From Clostridia bacterium (GTDB taxonomy: Bacteria; Bacillota; Clostridia; UMGS1883), in NCBI GenBank assembly GCA_051866635.1, contig JBJDXJ010000016.1, positions 1-62,744 of the forward strand: a stretch of DNA of 62,744 nucleotides. The letters are read 5' to 3'. The notes beneath the pieces are model-generated. The model saw only the letters and a program-made list of their open reading frames with translations. It ran no database searches and had not been told where the DNA came from. The translations under genes were made by a program, and so were the position numbers. Positions 50,511-61,032 of this stretch are shown here, piece by piece; position 1 is the first letter of the stretch; each line of letters opens with the position of its first letter.

Positions 50511-52715
50511 CTATCTTTCAAGCAGTTCAAGTGCTTTTTTTGTATTTATTTTTGCTTTTTCCCTTAAAGCCGTACAGTCTGAAAGGACAGGTGTTTCATA
50601 TGCCTTTGAAAGGGTTTCGTAAAGCTCCGCTTCTGCAAATGTTTCCACATTACAAATGCCGTCAAGCCCCACATATTCCATAAATCCGTCAATTTTTGGG
50701 TCATAGCGAAGCCCCACCGTTTTAACACCTTCGGAAACGGAATATATCATGGCGTGAAGTCGCATTGCTACATTCAGCTTAGCATTTCCTATAATGCCGA
50801 TTGCCTCATGAATAGAAACGGTTTTTTGCGGTACATACGCCATATTTCCAACAAGCTTTGCTATACGGTTTGAAATTTCCACATCGTTAGGATACTGCAT
50901 AGGAACAAATACAACGTTCACATCGTGCTCTTTTGCAAACTTTTCAAGTGCTGATGCCATTTTATTTTCAAAATCGGGGGTGCTTTTCTTCCATTCACGA
51001 ACGGAAACAGAAATATAATCTTTCTTTTCAATGTCTTCCTTTTCAAAGAGCTTATCAAGCTCTTTTTTTGTTATTCCCGAAAGGAGCATTGCCGGGTCTG
51101 CCGTAACCAAAATGTCACCTTTTACGCCGATTTCACGCATGGCTTTTTCGCTGGCGTCATCCCTTAATGTTATCGTATCAACACATTCATTGATAATGTT
51201 TGCGGTAAGCTTTTTATTAAACTTCTTCCCCACAGGCCCAAATCCGTTGGCAAACTGCATTACCTTTAATCCATATTTTTTTGCCGTTTTTATTATCAAA
51301 AGATAATACCACAAACTTTTACTGCTTGTTTCATCCTGGAGTAGCGAACCGCCCCCTGAAATGAGAACCTTTGATTTTTTTATAGTTTTTACAACCGTGG
51401 CAGGGTTTACACGGCTGAATGAATCAACAGAATAAATCCGCTTTGTTTCTTCGGGATGATTTGACAAAACCGCAATTCTTGCGTTTCTCTTTTCCTTTTT
51501 AATGTCATTTGTAAGGGCAAGAAGAAGTGCGTCATCACCGTTATTATGAAAACCGTAATAACCTGATACGATAAAGTCATACTTCTTATCAGAGTGATAA
51601 TCCTCAATTATGTTATTGTAAATCTCAATATGGGTTTTTGCAAAATTTTCGTTTGTAAAAAGGGTTGTCGCCCTTTCCTTGATATTTTTGCCCATTTCCT
51701 TTGTATAGGAGGGACTATCAATCATTTCAATAAGCCTCTCTGCCATTTCCCTGTAGTTTCCGCTTTCAAACAGCATACCTGTTTCCCCCTCCACAATAAG
51801 GGAAGGTATGCCGCCCACACGGCTTGCCACCATAGGCTTGCCCATAGCCGCACCTTCAAGCATTGAATAAGGGAAGCTTTCACACAGTGAAGTCAGACAG
51901 TTAATATCCACAACGTTCAAAAAGCCGTACATATCAGTTTCAAAGCCCAAAAAACGGATTTTTTCACAAAAGCCTGTTTCCTTTGCAAGATTTATCAGTT
52001 TTTCACGGTCTGCACCGTCACCTGCGATTAAAAATTCCACATTGTTTCGCTTTTTCAGAACTTCGCCTGCGGCTTTTATAAATACATCAACGCCCTTTAC
52101 CGCATCAAATCTTGCCGCAATACCTACATATACGGTGTCGTCACGGTATGTAAAGCTACGCTTTTTTGCATACTCGCTCTTATCGGTAGCAGAAGAAGGC
52201 ACATTGGAAAAATCCATGCCGTTATACACAGTGTGTATGGCATTTGGTCTAAAGCCCCTACTTATAAGCATATCCTTGAAATTGTCGGACACAGCGATAT
52301 AATAAGGAATCTTCTTTAAAGCATTTTTATTTAAGTTTGTAAAAACAACCTTTTTTACAATCTGGTCAAAATCCAACAAATAGTCACTGTGAACGGTTGT
52401 AACGGTGGGGATATTAATTTTTTTCATAACAAAACCCGCAACAAAGTTTGCCCTTGCCCCGTGCACATGAAAAACATCAAACTTTTCCTCGTTAATCATT
52501 TTCACAATATCGTCTACAACGGACAAGTCAAAGCGGTTCTTTTGCTTAAAAAGAACGCTGTCCACATCCTTTTTGAGTATTTCCTGATAAAAAACACCTT
52601 CCATAAGGCAGCCCACACGCACATAAGCCATGTCCTTTAGCTTATCAAGGAGCGAAAACAAATGTGTCTTCGCTCCTCCGCTGTCGCCGCCACTTATGAG
52701 ATGAAGAACTTTCAT
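50511..52715 (-). CDS. csaB: GT4 glycosyltransferase fused to polysaccharide pyruvyl transferase CsaB
   Basis: N-terminal half GT4 (ESFPYSMLE, SRVGGI). C-terminal half SGYYGFHNNGDDA, SGGGSLLQDETS, MRLHA, YDPKI. Confidence 0.9.
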   Translation of the reverse strand: MKVLHLISGGDSGGAKTHLFSLLDKLKDMAYVRVGCLMEGVFYQEILKKDVDSVLFKQKNRFDLSVVDDIVKMINEEKFDVFHVHGARANFVAGFVMKKINIPTVTTVHSDYLLDFDQIVKKVVFTNLNKNALKKIPYYIAVSDNFKDMLISRGFRPNAIHTVYNGMDFSNVPSSATDKSEYAKKRSFTYRDDTVYVGIAARFDAVKGVDVFIKAAGEVLKKRNNVEFLIAGDGADREKLINLAKETGFCEKIRFLGFETDMYGFLNVVDINCLTSLCESFPYSMLEGAAMGKPMVASRVGGIPSLIVEGETGMLFESGNYREMAERLIEMIDSPSYTKEMGKNIKERATTLFTNENFAKTHIEIYNNIIEDYHSDKKYDFIVSGYYGFHNNGDDALLLALTNDIKKEKRNARIAVLSNHPEETKRIYSVDSFSRVNPATVVKTIKKSKVLISGGGSLLQDETSSKSLWYYLLIIKTAKKYGLKVMQFANGFGPVGKKFNKKLTANIINECVDTITLRDDASEKAMREIGVKGDILVTADPAMLLSGITKKELDKLFEKEDIEKKDYISVSVREWKKSTPDFENKMASALEKFAKEHDVNVVFVPMQYPNDVEISNRIAKLVGNMAYVPQKTVSIHEAIGIIGNAKLNVAMRLHAMIYSVSEGVKTVGLRYDPKIDGFMEYVGLDGICNVETFAEAELYETLSKAYETPVLSDCTALREKAKINTKKALELLER

Positions 52716-52733
52716 AATCTCACCCCGCGGTTA

Positions 52734-54263
52734 TTATTTACTCTTCTTTGAAATTCTTACTGTTGCCATAAGTATACCCGGCACAATCCAAAAAGCGAAC
52801 ATAACTCTCGGATAGAACCAAACGTATTCCGCACAGCACACAAAGGCTATGCCTGCAAGGGCACTTAAGCCGGCAATTGCCACGGCTTTTAATGTTTTAT
52901 CCATGTTTGCCATGTTTGATACAGTCTTTTTCACAACAGAATACATATATCCGAAAAATGTTACAAAACCTAAAACGCCCATTTCCAGGATAAGCTCCAT
53001 GTAAAGCATGTGGGAATGAGGTGCAGTTATTGCAATCGGATGAGCGAAACTCGGATATACACTTTTAAAGGAGGCAGGACCTAAGCCCAAGCCTGTCAAA
53101 CCGTAATCATTAATCATTCTCAGACAGCTGTCCCATATATACAATCTATAGGAATTTGATGAATCCTTTAAAGAACCGATTGTAAAAATTCTGTTCATTA
53201 TAGTTTCCGGGAGAAGCGGTATTGCAACCAAAACTATAATTGCCACAGGAAATATAAGCCTTACGTCATACATCAGTACAAATGTTACACAGGCAAGTGC
53301 AAATCCCACCCAGCAGGAACGGGAATATGTCATTGCCAATGCTCCCAATATAATCACAAAGGCACCCATCACCATTAACTTCTTCTTTTTGTCCTGTTCA
53401 GAAAGGAACAGCGGCACCAAGAAGGGTATGAATAACAAAAGCAATTCTGCAAAATTGTTGGGGTTGGAGAAGGTTGAGAACACTCTGCCCGGCATTCCGG
53501 CATTTGTAGCTGTATCAACAAATTCAGGGTTTACTTCAACACCCATCAATCTCTGGGCAAATCCGATAATTGCAGTAACGGTTACAAAACTTAATACGAT
53601 TTTCAAAAATCTCATAAGCTTTTCCTTTGTATCCAAAGCCGCATATACTGAATATGCCAACAATAACGAAGTTATAAAAATCAGTGCAATTCTTACAGCA
53701 TCGGAAATAACCAGTGCAGTGACGGTGCTTACGCATATTGCAACGAAAAAGCCAATGGTACAAAGCCCTATAACCTTAAGACTTCTGCCCGGTTTTCCCA
53801 TGGCAATATTTATAACTATCCAGGCTGAAAATCCGCAAGATGCCAAAAACGCATATAAATTATTCCACGCCTCATGGGGAGTTGCAAACATTATACCCAC
53901 AAATACTGCCAAAAAACAATCTACAGTAAAGTACTTCCATGATAAAACTTTATCAATAACATATAATGTTACAGAATTAGCACCAAGCTTTCTGAACCAT
54001 AGAATTATGCTTTTTATCACATCAAGCACAAAACACCAGATTTTGTCGGCAATAGAGTAAAAACAGGAATTTTTATAAAACCTTTCCGTAAAAACATCAG
54101 ACTTAAACCAGTGATAAATAAAGCTTTCCTTACCCATTTTACCAAGAAAGGCAAGAAAACTGTACAAGGCTTTGACAATTCTGCTCTCCCCGAAACCTTT
54201 TTTGAGATTTGCAATAAGGCTTGTGAGCAGATATGCTGTCATACTGTGTGTCAACATATACAT
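52734..54263 (-). CDS. O-antigen ligase / Wzy_C family membrane protein
   Basis: RVFSTFSNPN, TYSRSCW, YRLYIW, GLGLG, HSHMLY; many TM helices. Start moved to ATG 54263 after AAGGAG. Confidence 0.88.
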   Translation of the reverse strand: MYMLTHSMTAYLLTSLIANLKKGFGESRIVKALYSFLAFLGKMGKESFIYHWFKSDVFTERFYKNSCFYSIADKIWCFVLDVIKSIILWFRKLGANSVTLYVIDKVLSWKYFTVDCFLAVFVGIMFATPHEAWNNLYAFLASCGFSAWIVINIAMGKPGRSLKVIGLCTIGFFVAICVSTVTALVISDAVRIALIFITSLLLAYSVYAALDTKEKLMRFLKIVLSFVTVTAIIGFAQRLMGVEVNPEFVDTATNAGMPGRVFSTFSNPNNFAELLLLFIPFLVPLFLSEQDKKKKLMVMGAFVIILGALAMTYSRSCWVGFALACVTFVLMYDVRLIFPVAIIVLVAIPLLPETIMNRIFTIGSLKDSSNSYRLYIWDSCLRMINDYGLTGLGLGPASFKSVYPSFAHPIAITAPHSHMLYMELILEMGVLGFVTFFGYMYSVVKKTVSNMANMDKTLKAVAIAGLSALAGIAFVCCAEYVWFYPRVMFAFWIVPGILMATVRISKKSK

Positions 54264-54283
54264 ATTGTTCACTCCTTTAAGCC

Positions 54284-54814
54284 TCATACCTCTGCTTTTT
54301 CAGATGCCTCTATAGCGGCAACCTCTTTTTCGTCAAGCTTATTAAGAACTTCAATGCCTGAAATTCTGCCGAAAATCTTAGCCTTGCCAACTCTGATTGT
54401 AATAGAGTGTCCCACACCGTATTTGGCACCCTTTACCTTAAGACCGTGTTCATATTCATCAGCAATAACTTCTGCTGTAATGCTTACACAGTTGTAGTGG
54501 TCCTTACCTGTGCATATAACGTCACCTTCTGCTGTTGTTACATATGTTCTTGAAGGTTCAATTTTAACTTCCTTAACTACGCCAAGGTTATTGTCACTTG
54601 CTTCGCAGGTTACCTTGTCGCCCACTTTAATTACACTTGCGGCAAAATCGGGAACTTCTTCGCAAAGGAAGCTGATTTCGTATCTGTTCTTACCGTCTGA
54701 CTTGCCCCCTGTCAAACCGCCGCTAACCTTTAATCCCACAACAAGGACTGCCGCAACAATTAAAACAACGATTATTGCATCAACAACGTTAAACTTAAAT
54801 TTTTTCTTTTCCAT
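54284..54814 (-). CDS. DUF4330-like membrane-anchored protein
   Basis: KFNVVDAIIV N-terminal anchor and beta-rich body; within the polysaccharide operon. Confidence 0.7.
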   Translation of the reverse strand: MEKKKFKFNVVDAIIVVLIVAAVLVVGLKVSGGLTGGKSDGKNRYEISFLCEEVPDFAASVIKVGDKVTCEASDNNLGVVKEVKIEPSRTYVTTAEGDVICTGKDHYNCVSITAEVIADEYEHGLKVKGAKYGVGHSITIRVGKAKIFGRISGIEVLNKLDEKEVAAIEASEKAEV

Positions 54815-54829
54815 GTTACTAACCTCTCT

Positions 54830-56455
54830 TTAAAAATACTTTTTATATGTTTCGTCCAGAAGGACATCCAAATTAAATACTTCGTTAACTACTCTCTTTG
54901 CGTTTTCTGAAAATGTCTTACGCATTTCTTCATCGTCCATCACCGTCTTTATTGCATTTGCCATACCCTTTGTATCGCCGTATTCAACAAGTATACCGCA
55001 GTTGTGGTTATCGTTTATTATGTCGGAGTTTCCGCCTACATTTGTTGCCACAACGGGAAGTGCATTGTCCATAGCTTCCAGTATTGCAAAGCTTAAAGCC
55101 TCGTAGCACTTTGCCGAATTAACGTACAAATCACTGCACTGCAAAATTTCATCTGCATCATTTCTAAAGCCCATCTGCCATATTACATCTGTAAGGTTAT
55201 GCTTTTCTATCTGACCTTTTATATCATTGAACAGCTCACCGTCTCCTAAAAACAATACAACAAATTTTTTGTCTGTCATTTTCTTAAGCTCATAAATGCT
55301 GTCTGTAAAGAAATCCAGTCCCTTTGCCATGTGATAACGGGAAAGTGTTGTTATAACAAAGGTGTCTTCGTCAATTCCCAGCTCTTTACGCTTGTCCATA
55401 TTCCTCTTAACTTCCTTGCCGGGTCTTATGCCGTTAAACACCACATCAATTTTTTCTTCGGGTACCCCGTTTCCTATCAACAGTTCTTTGCCGTTATTAC
55501 AAACTGAAATAATCTTATGATTGTGCTTTGTGAAAATCTTATTTGTTATCTTCCACAAAAACGATGTTTTCAAAGTCAAATGACATGTATATACAACCCT
55601 TGTTCCCGAATAATAAAGCCTTGACAAAAGGGCAATATAATTTTCTCTTGGATATTGAGTGTGTATCACATCAATATTATTTTTTCTGCAATAATCACCG
55701 ATAACCTTTGCCGCCTTTAAGTCAAAGGGGTTTCTCATTGTAACACGGAAGCTTTCAACCCCCATATTCTCCATCTGTTCACTTAAAAGCCCCGGCTCGG
55801 AATATGCAAAGTAGCACTTTGTATCGCCCCCGTTATATGTTTTAACAAGGTTATATACATACTTTTCCGTACCGGCTTTACCCGCATGATTAATCAGATA
55901 CAAAACCTTAAGCTTAGGCAAATCTTTTCTCTCCTCACGGTATTTTATTATTTTTGCAGGCACGCCGCCCACAACAGCCATATCAGGCACATCTTTACTT
56001 ACAACAGCCCCTGCACCTACAATTACACCGTTGCCGATTGTAACACCCGGCAAAATTATTGCATTTGCACCAATCCAGCAATCGTTACCTATTGTAACCT
56101 TTTTTTTAGGTGCAGTCTGAAGTCTCATAGGCTTATAGATATTTTCAGTTTCATGGTTCTGGGTGTAAATACTTACGTTAGGTCCCATCATCACATCGTC
56201 ACCTATTGACAAAGGTCCGGAAATCCTTGCGTTCAAGCCGATGGAACTGTTATTCCCTATTTCTATTTCCCTTCCTCCGCCAAAAAATGCACCGTGCTCC
56301 ACAGTAACATTTTTTCCGCAATGCTGAAACATGCCTTTTGCCAAAAACCGCCTCAGCTTACCGCTTCCAAAGCTGTAAGGAGAAAAGCTTCCCGGCAGAT
56401 GACGGGCTATGAAATAGTATGTCGTATAGGATAAGGCATATCTAATTTTCCCCAT
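54830..56455 (-). CDS. Hexapeptide-repeat O-acetyltransferase fused to a GT4 glycosyltransferase
   Basis: LbH repeats (VTIGNDCWIG...GAGAVVSKDVP..GGVPAK) then GT4 (EALSFAILEA, ATNVGG). Start moved to ATG 56455 after AGGAGAGG. Confidence 0.88.
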   Translation of the reverse strand: MGKIRYALSYTTYYFIARHLPGSFSPYSFGSGKLRRFLAKGMFQHCGKNVTVEHGAFFGGGREIEIGNNSSIGLNARISGPLSIGDDVMMGPNVSIYTQNHETENIYKPMRLQTAPKKKVTIGNDCWIGANAIILPGVTIGNGVIVGAGAVVSKDVPDMAVVGGVPAKIIKYREERKDLPKLKVLYLINHAGKAGTEKYVYNLVKTYNGGDTKCYFAYSEPGLLSEQMENMGVESFRVTMRNPFDLKAAKVIGDYCRKNNIDVIHTQYPRENYIALLSRLYYSGTRVVYTCHLTLKTSFLWKITNKIFTKHNHKIISVCNNGKELLIGNGVPEEKIDVVFNGIRPGKEVKRNMDKRKELGIDEDTFVITTLSRYHMAKGLDFFTDSIYELKKMTDKKFVVLFLGDGELFNDIKGQIEKHNLTDVIWQMGFRNDADEILQCSDLYVNSAKCYEALSFAILEAMDNALPVVATNVGGNSDIINDNHNCGILVEYGDTKGMANAIKTVMDDEEMRKTFSENAKRVVNEVFNLDVLLDETYKKYF

Positions 56456-56457
56456 AC

Positions 56458-57993
56458 TTATCCTCTCCTTAATATTTTTCTTACAAAACCTGTAACAGGT
56501 GTAATTTTTAAAATTACAGCCATTATATAGTACACAACAAGTCCGCATCCCACAGGCATAAACAGCCTTACAGCACGCATTACAAGTGTAGCGGTTTCGG
56601 GGATTACGCTATTAATCAACTCTACTGCCAAAAGCATTACAAAAGATGCGATTATACACTTTACAAAAACAGTACCAAAGCCCTTTGCGAAGGGCCCTAT
56701 TTTCTTTTTTATTGCCCCGAGAAGCACGCACATACCAACAAGAGATGCCACAGAATATGCAAGTGGTATTCCGTAGGCACCTATGAAGTGTATGAGAATA
56801 AGGCTTAAAGCGATATTTACAACCATTATTACAACACCGTTAACAGCACTTATCTTAGTATTACCCAACGCATACAATGCCCTGTCAAGTATCTCCTTAA
56901 AGCCTATACCTAAAATACCTATGGCATAACCGCAAAGAAGAAGTGAGGCACTAAAAATATCTTCTGCTGTTATTTTACCCCACGCAGATATAAGATTTAG
57001 AAGGCTTTCCCTGACACCGATAAAACCAAAGGTCATCGGTATAAGCAGTGCACAAACGCTCATTAAAATATTTGAAAGGGACTCTTTATATTCTGTCATA
57101 TTGCCTCTTGAAACGCTTTCCGTAAGGCGTGGATAAATAACTGCCGTTATTGAATACACAAACGCCAACACAAGATAGACGGTGATGTTCTGAACAAACA
57201 TAAGCATTGTTACCTTGTTGTCAAAGCGTGCTATCATGGTGTTGTTATAAAACATATTCAGCTGATACGCACCAACCCCCAACAGCACAGGAACCGTCAT
57301 TTTTCCGGCTTTAATAATGTCAGGGTGCTTTATTTCAAAGGAAGGCTTATATCTGTAGCCCTCACGAACAAGAGGCGGAATAAGTATAATAGCTTGCAAA
57401 CTGAGACCTATAACAGTTGCCACCAAAAGACCCGTTACGCCGAATTTATCACCTAACAAAAGTGTGTAGCATATAACAACAAGGCTTGAAGGAACACTTA
57501 CAAATGCAGGCAATTTATATCTGCCCACAGCCTGAAGCATACCTTGGAAAATATAGTTCAAGGCATAGAAAAACATAACAGGCATAACTGTTAAAAGTGC
57601 CATAACGGCAAAGCTTAAAGTGCTTTCATCGTTGGCAAAGGATGTAAAATGGGGAAGCACAAAGGACAAGCCCATTCCAAAAATAACCAATATAAGTGTA
57701 AGGGCAAGTGATATTGTAATAATATTATCTGCAAAGTGCTTGGCACTTTTTACATCACCCGATGCCATATGCCCCACATAAATTGGTATAACAACAGTTG
57801 ACAGGGCAGTTCCCAGACATGTAAAAATAACATTAGGTATGCTGATTGCATATGAATACACGTTAAGATAAGGGTCAGATGCCCCGAAGAAAGACATATA
57901 CACCTGATTGCTTACAAGACTGAGAAGCCTTGACAATACCATTATTACCATAACAGAGCTGACAGCACCTAAAATGTTCTTTTTATTGCTCAA
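56458..57993 (-). CDS. murJ: MurJ/MviN-family (MOP) lipid-linked oligosaccharide flippase
   Basis: LSRLL, IPNVIF, ALSTVVIPIY, AVIYPRL; about 14 TM helices. The substrate may be the cell-wall polymer rather than lipid II. Confidence 0.8.
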   Translation of the reverse strand: MSNKKNILGAVSSVMVIMVLSRLLSLVSNQVYMSFFGASDPYLNVYSYAISIPNVIFTCLGTALSTVVIPIYVGHMASGDVKSAKHFADNIITISLALTLILVIFGMGLSFVLPHFTSFANDESTLSFAVMALLTVMPVMFFYALNYIFQGMLQAVGRYKLPAFVSVPSSLVVICYTLLLGDKFGVTGLLVATVIGLSLQAIILIPPLVREGYRYKPSFEIKHPDIIKAGKMTVPVLLGVGAYQLNMFYNNTMIARFDNKVTMLMFVQNITVYLVLAFVYSITAVIYPRLTESVSRGNMTEYKESLSNILMSVCALLIPMTFGFIGVRESLLNLISAWGKITAEDIFSASLLLCGYAIGILGIGFKEILDRALYALGNTKISAVNGVVIMVVNIALSLILIHFIGAYGIPLAYSVASLVGMCVLLGAIKKKIGPFAKGFGTVFVKCIIASFVMLLAVELINSVIPETATLVMRAVRLFMPVGCGLVVYYIMAVILKITPVTGFVRKILRRG

Positions 57994-58003
57994 TTTTCAC
58001 ACC

Positions 58004-58534
58004 TTACGCTTTCCAATTTACATTTTCTTTAATGACCTTTGCAGGGTTACCTGCCACAAGACACCTTCCCGGCACATCCTTTGTCACAACACTTCCTGCC
58101 GCAACAACTGCACCTTCACCGATGGTGACACCCTTTAAAACCATGCTTCTTGCACCAATCCACACATGGTCTTCTATAACAACAGGTTTTACAACCTCAC
58201 ATTCAGATTCAAAAGCGTGGTAATCACGGTCTAAAATATTACAATCCCATGCTATATTAACATTATTGCCTATTTTAACCATCTTTCCCGAATGTATCTC
58301 AGTTCTGTCGCCAATGTAGGAGTTATTCCCTATTTCTATCTTTCCCCCGAAAGCGGAAAGTTTAACATATCTGTGAAGAAGCACCCTGTCACCTAAAGTA
58401 ACAACGCCGTTATTTTTCATAACGCGGACACCCTTTTCCATACGGAGAAGCTTACCCGACTTATTGAACTTGAATTTATATAAAATTCCACGTATTACCA
58501 TTGAACCGTTTAAGAAAACATCCGATAATCTCAT
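58004..58534 (-). CDS. Hexapeptide-repeat acyltransferase
   Basis: [29 protein letters not shown]. Confidence 0.9.
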   Translation of the reverse strand: MRLSDVFLNGSMVIRGILYKFKFNKSGKLLRMEKGVRVMKNNGVVTLGDRVLLHRYVKLSAFGGKIEIGNNSYIGDRTEIHSGKMVKIGNNVNIAWDCNILDRDYHAFESECEVVKPVVIEDHVWIGARSMVLKGVTIGEGAVVAAGSVVTKDVPGRCLVAGNPAKVIKENVNWKA

Positions 58535-58601
58535 TTTTCCACCTCAAAAGCTTAAATAAAAGGAACTTTGTGTTTATTGGCATAAAAATCCTATCTTAGT
58601 A

Positions 58602-58666
58602 ATTATATCACATACCTACTTTTTAGTCAACAACACCTTTTCTTTTACTTTAAAGTATGATATAAT
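58602..58666. promoter_or_regulatory. Divergent sigma-A promoters (polysaccharide operon / phosphodiester glycosidase)
   Basis: Minus strand TTGACT (58630-58625)-17 bp-TATAAT (58607-58602) with TG extension. Plus strand TGA-TATAAT ending at 58666. Confidence 0.65.
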
Positions 58667-58690
58667 TGTCACCAAGAAAGGATTGATATA

Positions 58691-60949
58691 ATGAAAAAAA
58701 TTGTGGCTTTACTTTTGTCAGCATCTCTTATATCAGTTTCTGCAAATGCGGAAACTATTTATCAAAACATATCGGAAAGCGTTGTAAGTAAAGGTATTAC
58801 ATATCAGAGCAGTGATACTTTTTCAACTGACGGCTGGGTAAAGGCCGACATACTGAAGGTGGACCTTACAGACCCTGATTTAGAATTAAAGGTTTTAACA
58901 TCGCCCAACGGTACATCTTCGCTCTCAACAGTAAAAAAAATGGCGGAGCATTACGATACCAAAGCCGCTGTCAACGGTGACTTTTTCAACATGTTGCAAG
59001 GTGAAACAAACATGCTGGGTATGGTTTATCAGGACGGGGAGCTTATCTCTACCCCATCTAAGGACAACTTTGTTTCCTTTGCCGTAACTGAGGACAACCG
59101 TGTTATCTTTGATTACTTTACATTTCACGGCATGTTATATGCGGAAAATACTTCTCTTACCCAAAATTCAAGCTGTGAGCTTTACCAGATTAATAAACGT
59201 CCCATTACTACAGGCGGCATTACAATGATTACCTCTGCTTGGGGCGAAAGCGTTTCTGTTCCAATTAACAATTACGCCATGGTAACCGAGCCTTACGGTG
59301 ATAACAAGTATAAAATGACATCCTTTTCCTGGGGCGGCGAAAGCGTTTCTATTCCCGATGGAGGTGCCGTATTTATCGCAAACTATGCAGTCAACGGATT
59401 TTTGAACGCAAACTTTGCCATAGGCGATATTATTCGTGTAGAAACAAGCATATCTCCTGATGTAGCTAAAATTAAAGAAGCATCCGGTGGCAATACGCTG
59501 ATTGTAAAAAACGGTATTGTTTGCCCCTTTACAAGTAACGTTTCCGGCAAAGCACAAAGAACAGGCATGGGTCTTTCACAGGACGGCAACACATTATACC
59601 TTGTAACAGTTGACGGCAGACAGACAAATGTCAAAGGCTTTGACCAGACAGATTTGGCAAGATTTATGATTTCCTTAGGCTGTTACAGTGCCATTAACCT
59701 TGACGGCGGCGGAAGTACAACCATGGTTGTCCAAAACAGTACAACGGGTGAGCAGGAGGTTAAAAACACCGTTTCATCGTTAAGAAGCGTTTCCACATCA
59801 GTAGGTGTTATTTCCAACCTTGAACCGTTACAAACACCATCATACGGCAAAATCACACTGTCAAAAGACACCATGGTACCCGGCGACAGTGTGGATGTAA
59901 CAGCGGTATTTTTTGACGAGAACCACAACAGAGTTTCTGCACCTGATGATGAAATTACAATAACATGTTCAGACCCTTATGCTGTAATAAACGGCACAAC
60001 AGTAACTGTCCAATCTGAAGGCTTCCACACAATCCGTGCGGCATACAAAAATACGGTAAGTGAATGTAACGTTCGTGTTTTAGGCGACATATTTGCTATA
60101 AATATTTATCCTGAGAATATTACCTCCTCCCTCTCTGTTAGTGTAACAGCCTATGACAAATCAGGTTACTCGGCAATAATTCCCACATCTTTACTGCAAT
60201 TTGAAACTACAGGTGATATATCCTTTAATGCTCCCAAAGTGGAAGTGACAGCAGCTTCAGGCACAATAACAGCAAAATACGGAAATCTTACATCTGTCAG
60301 TGTGGTAAATGGTGAAATTTACGCACGTGAAAAGGACGTTAAAGAGGAGGATTTGTTTGAAGGATATATTTACGGCGGTGAGCAAATTACAGTAAGCGGA
60401 GATATGAAAGCTCCCAACAGCTTTATTGAACAGTTCCAGCTTAGGGCAAGGCTTAACCATCTTGCATCAAACGGAGATGTTTACGCCCTTTCACAAATTT
60501 GTGACCCATGGAATATTTTGAATTTTTATCGTATTGTCAACGGCTTTACGGAACGGGTAATTGAAAACAGCCGTATTGTAACTTTTTCCAACACTGAATC
60601 TTCCTTCACTAAAACAGATGCATCTGCATGGCTTAAGTTTAAATCCGTGTGTGAAAACATGAAGGAGGCAAATCTTGTTGTAATGATTAATTCTCCCCTT
60701 TACAATATGGATTCGGACGAAATAGAGGTCTTTAATCACTTTACAAAGCTTCTTACCGATCGCGGAGTTAACGTATTTGTAGTATCAACAGGAATAAAAA
60801 GCGAAGTAACGGTTGAAAACGGTGTCAGATACTTATATTTAGGACCGGTAGGTGACTGTGTAAATGCATCTTACGAATATGGACTTTTCGCTTCATCACC
60901 CCTTGTTTTCACCTTTAAGGGCGACGAAATCAAGTATATGTTCCAATAA
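58691..60949 (+). CDS. Secreted phosphodiester glycosidase (NAGPA) family protein
   Basis: Signal peptide; AAVNGDFF, RTGMG, VTVDGRQ, AINLDGGGST motifs; Ig-like middle region; divergent C-terminal domain. Confidence 0.9.
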   Translation: MKKIVALLLSASLISVSANAETIYQNISESVVSKGITYQSSDTFSTDGWVKADILKVDLTDPDLELKVLTSPNGTSSLSTVKKMAEHYDTKAAVNGDFFNMLQGETNMLGMVYQDGELISTPSKDNFVSFAVTEDNRVIFDYFTFHGMLYAENTSLTQNSSCELYQINKRPITTGGITMITSAWGESVSVPINNYAMVTEPYGDNKYKMTSFSWGGESVSIPDGGAVFIANYAVNGFLNANFAIGDIIRVETSISPDVAKIKEASGGNTLIVKNGIVCPFTSNVSGKAQRTGMGLSQDGNTLYLVTVDGRQTNVKGFDQTDLARFMISLGCYSAINLDGGGSTTMVVQNSTTGEQEVKNTVSSLRSVSTSVGVISNLEPLQTPSYGKITLSKDTMVPGDSVDVTAVFFDENHNRVSAPDDEITITCSDPYAVINGTTVTVQSEGFHTIRAAYKNTVSECNVRVLGDIFAINIYPENITSSLSVSVTAYDKSGYSAIIPTSLLQFETTGDISFNAPKVEVTAASGTITAKYGNLTSVSVVNGEIYAREKDVKEEDLFEGYIYGGEQITVSGDMKAPNSFIEQFQLRARLNHLASNGDVYALSQICDPWNILNFYRIVNGFTERVIENSRIVTFSNTESSFTKTDASAWLKFKSVCENMKEANLVVMINSPLYNMDSDEIEVFNHFTKLLTDRGVNVFVVSTGIKSEVTVENGVRYLYLGPVGDCVNASYEYGLFASSPLVFTFKGDEIKYMFQ

Positions 60950-60997
60950 TGAATTGCATTTAATACTATAGGAAATGAGGAATTTCCTATAATGTAA

Positions 60998-61032
60998 AAA
61001 AATACCGAAGAACTTTTGTCTTCGGTATTTTT
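60998..61032. terminator. Bidirectional intrinsic terminator
   Basis: AAAAATACCGAAGA / TCTTCGGTATTTTT. A second hairpin TATAGGAAAT/ATTTCCTATA lies at 60967-60991. Confidence 0.85.
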
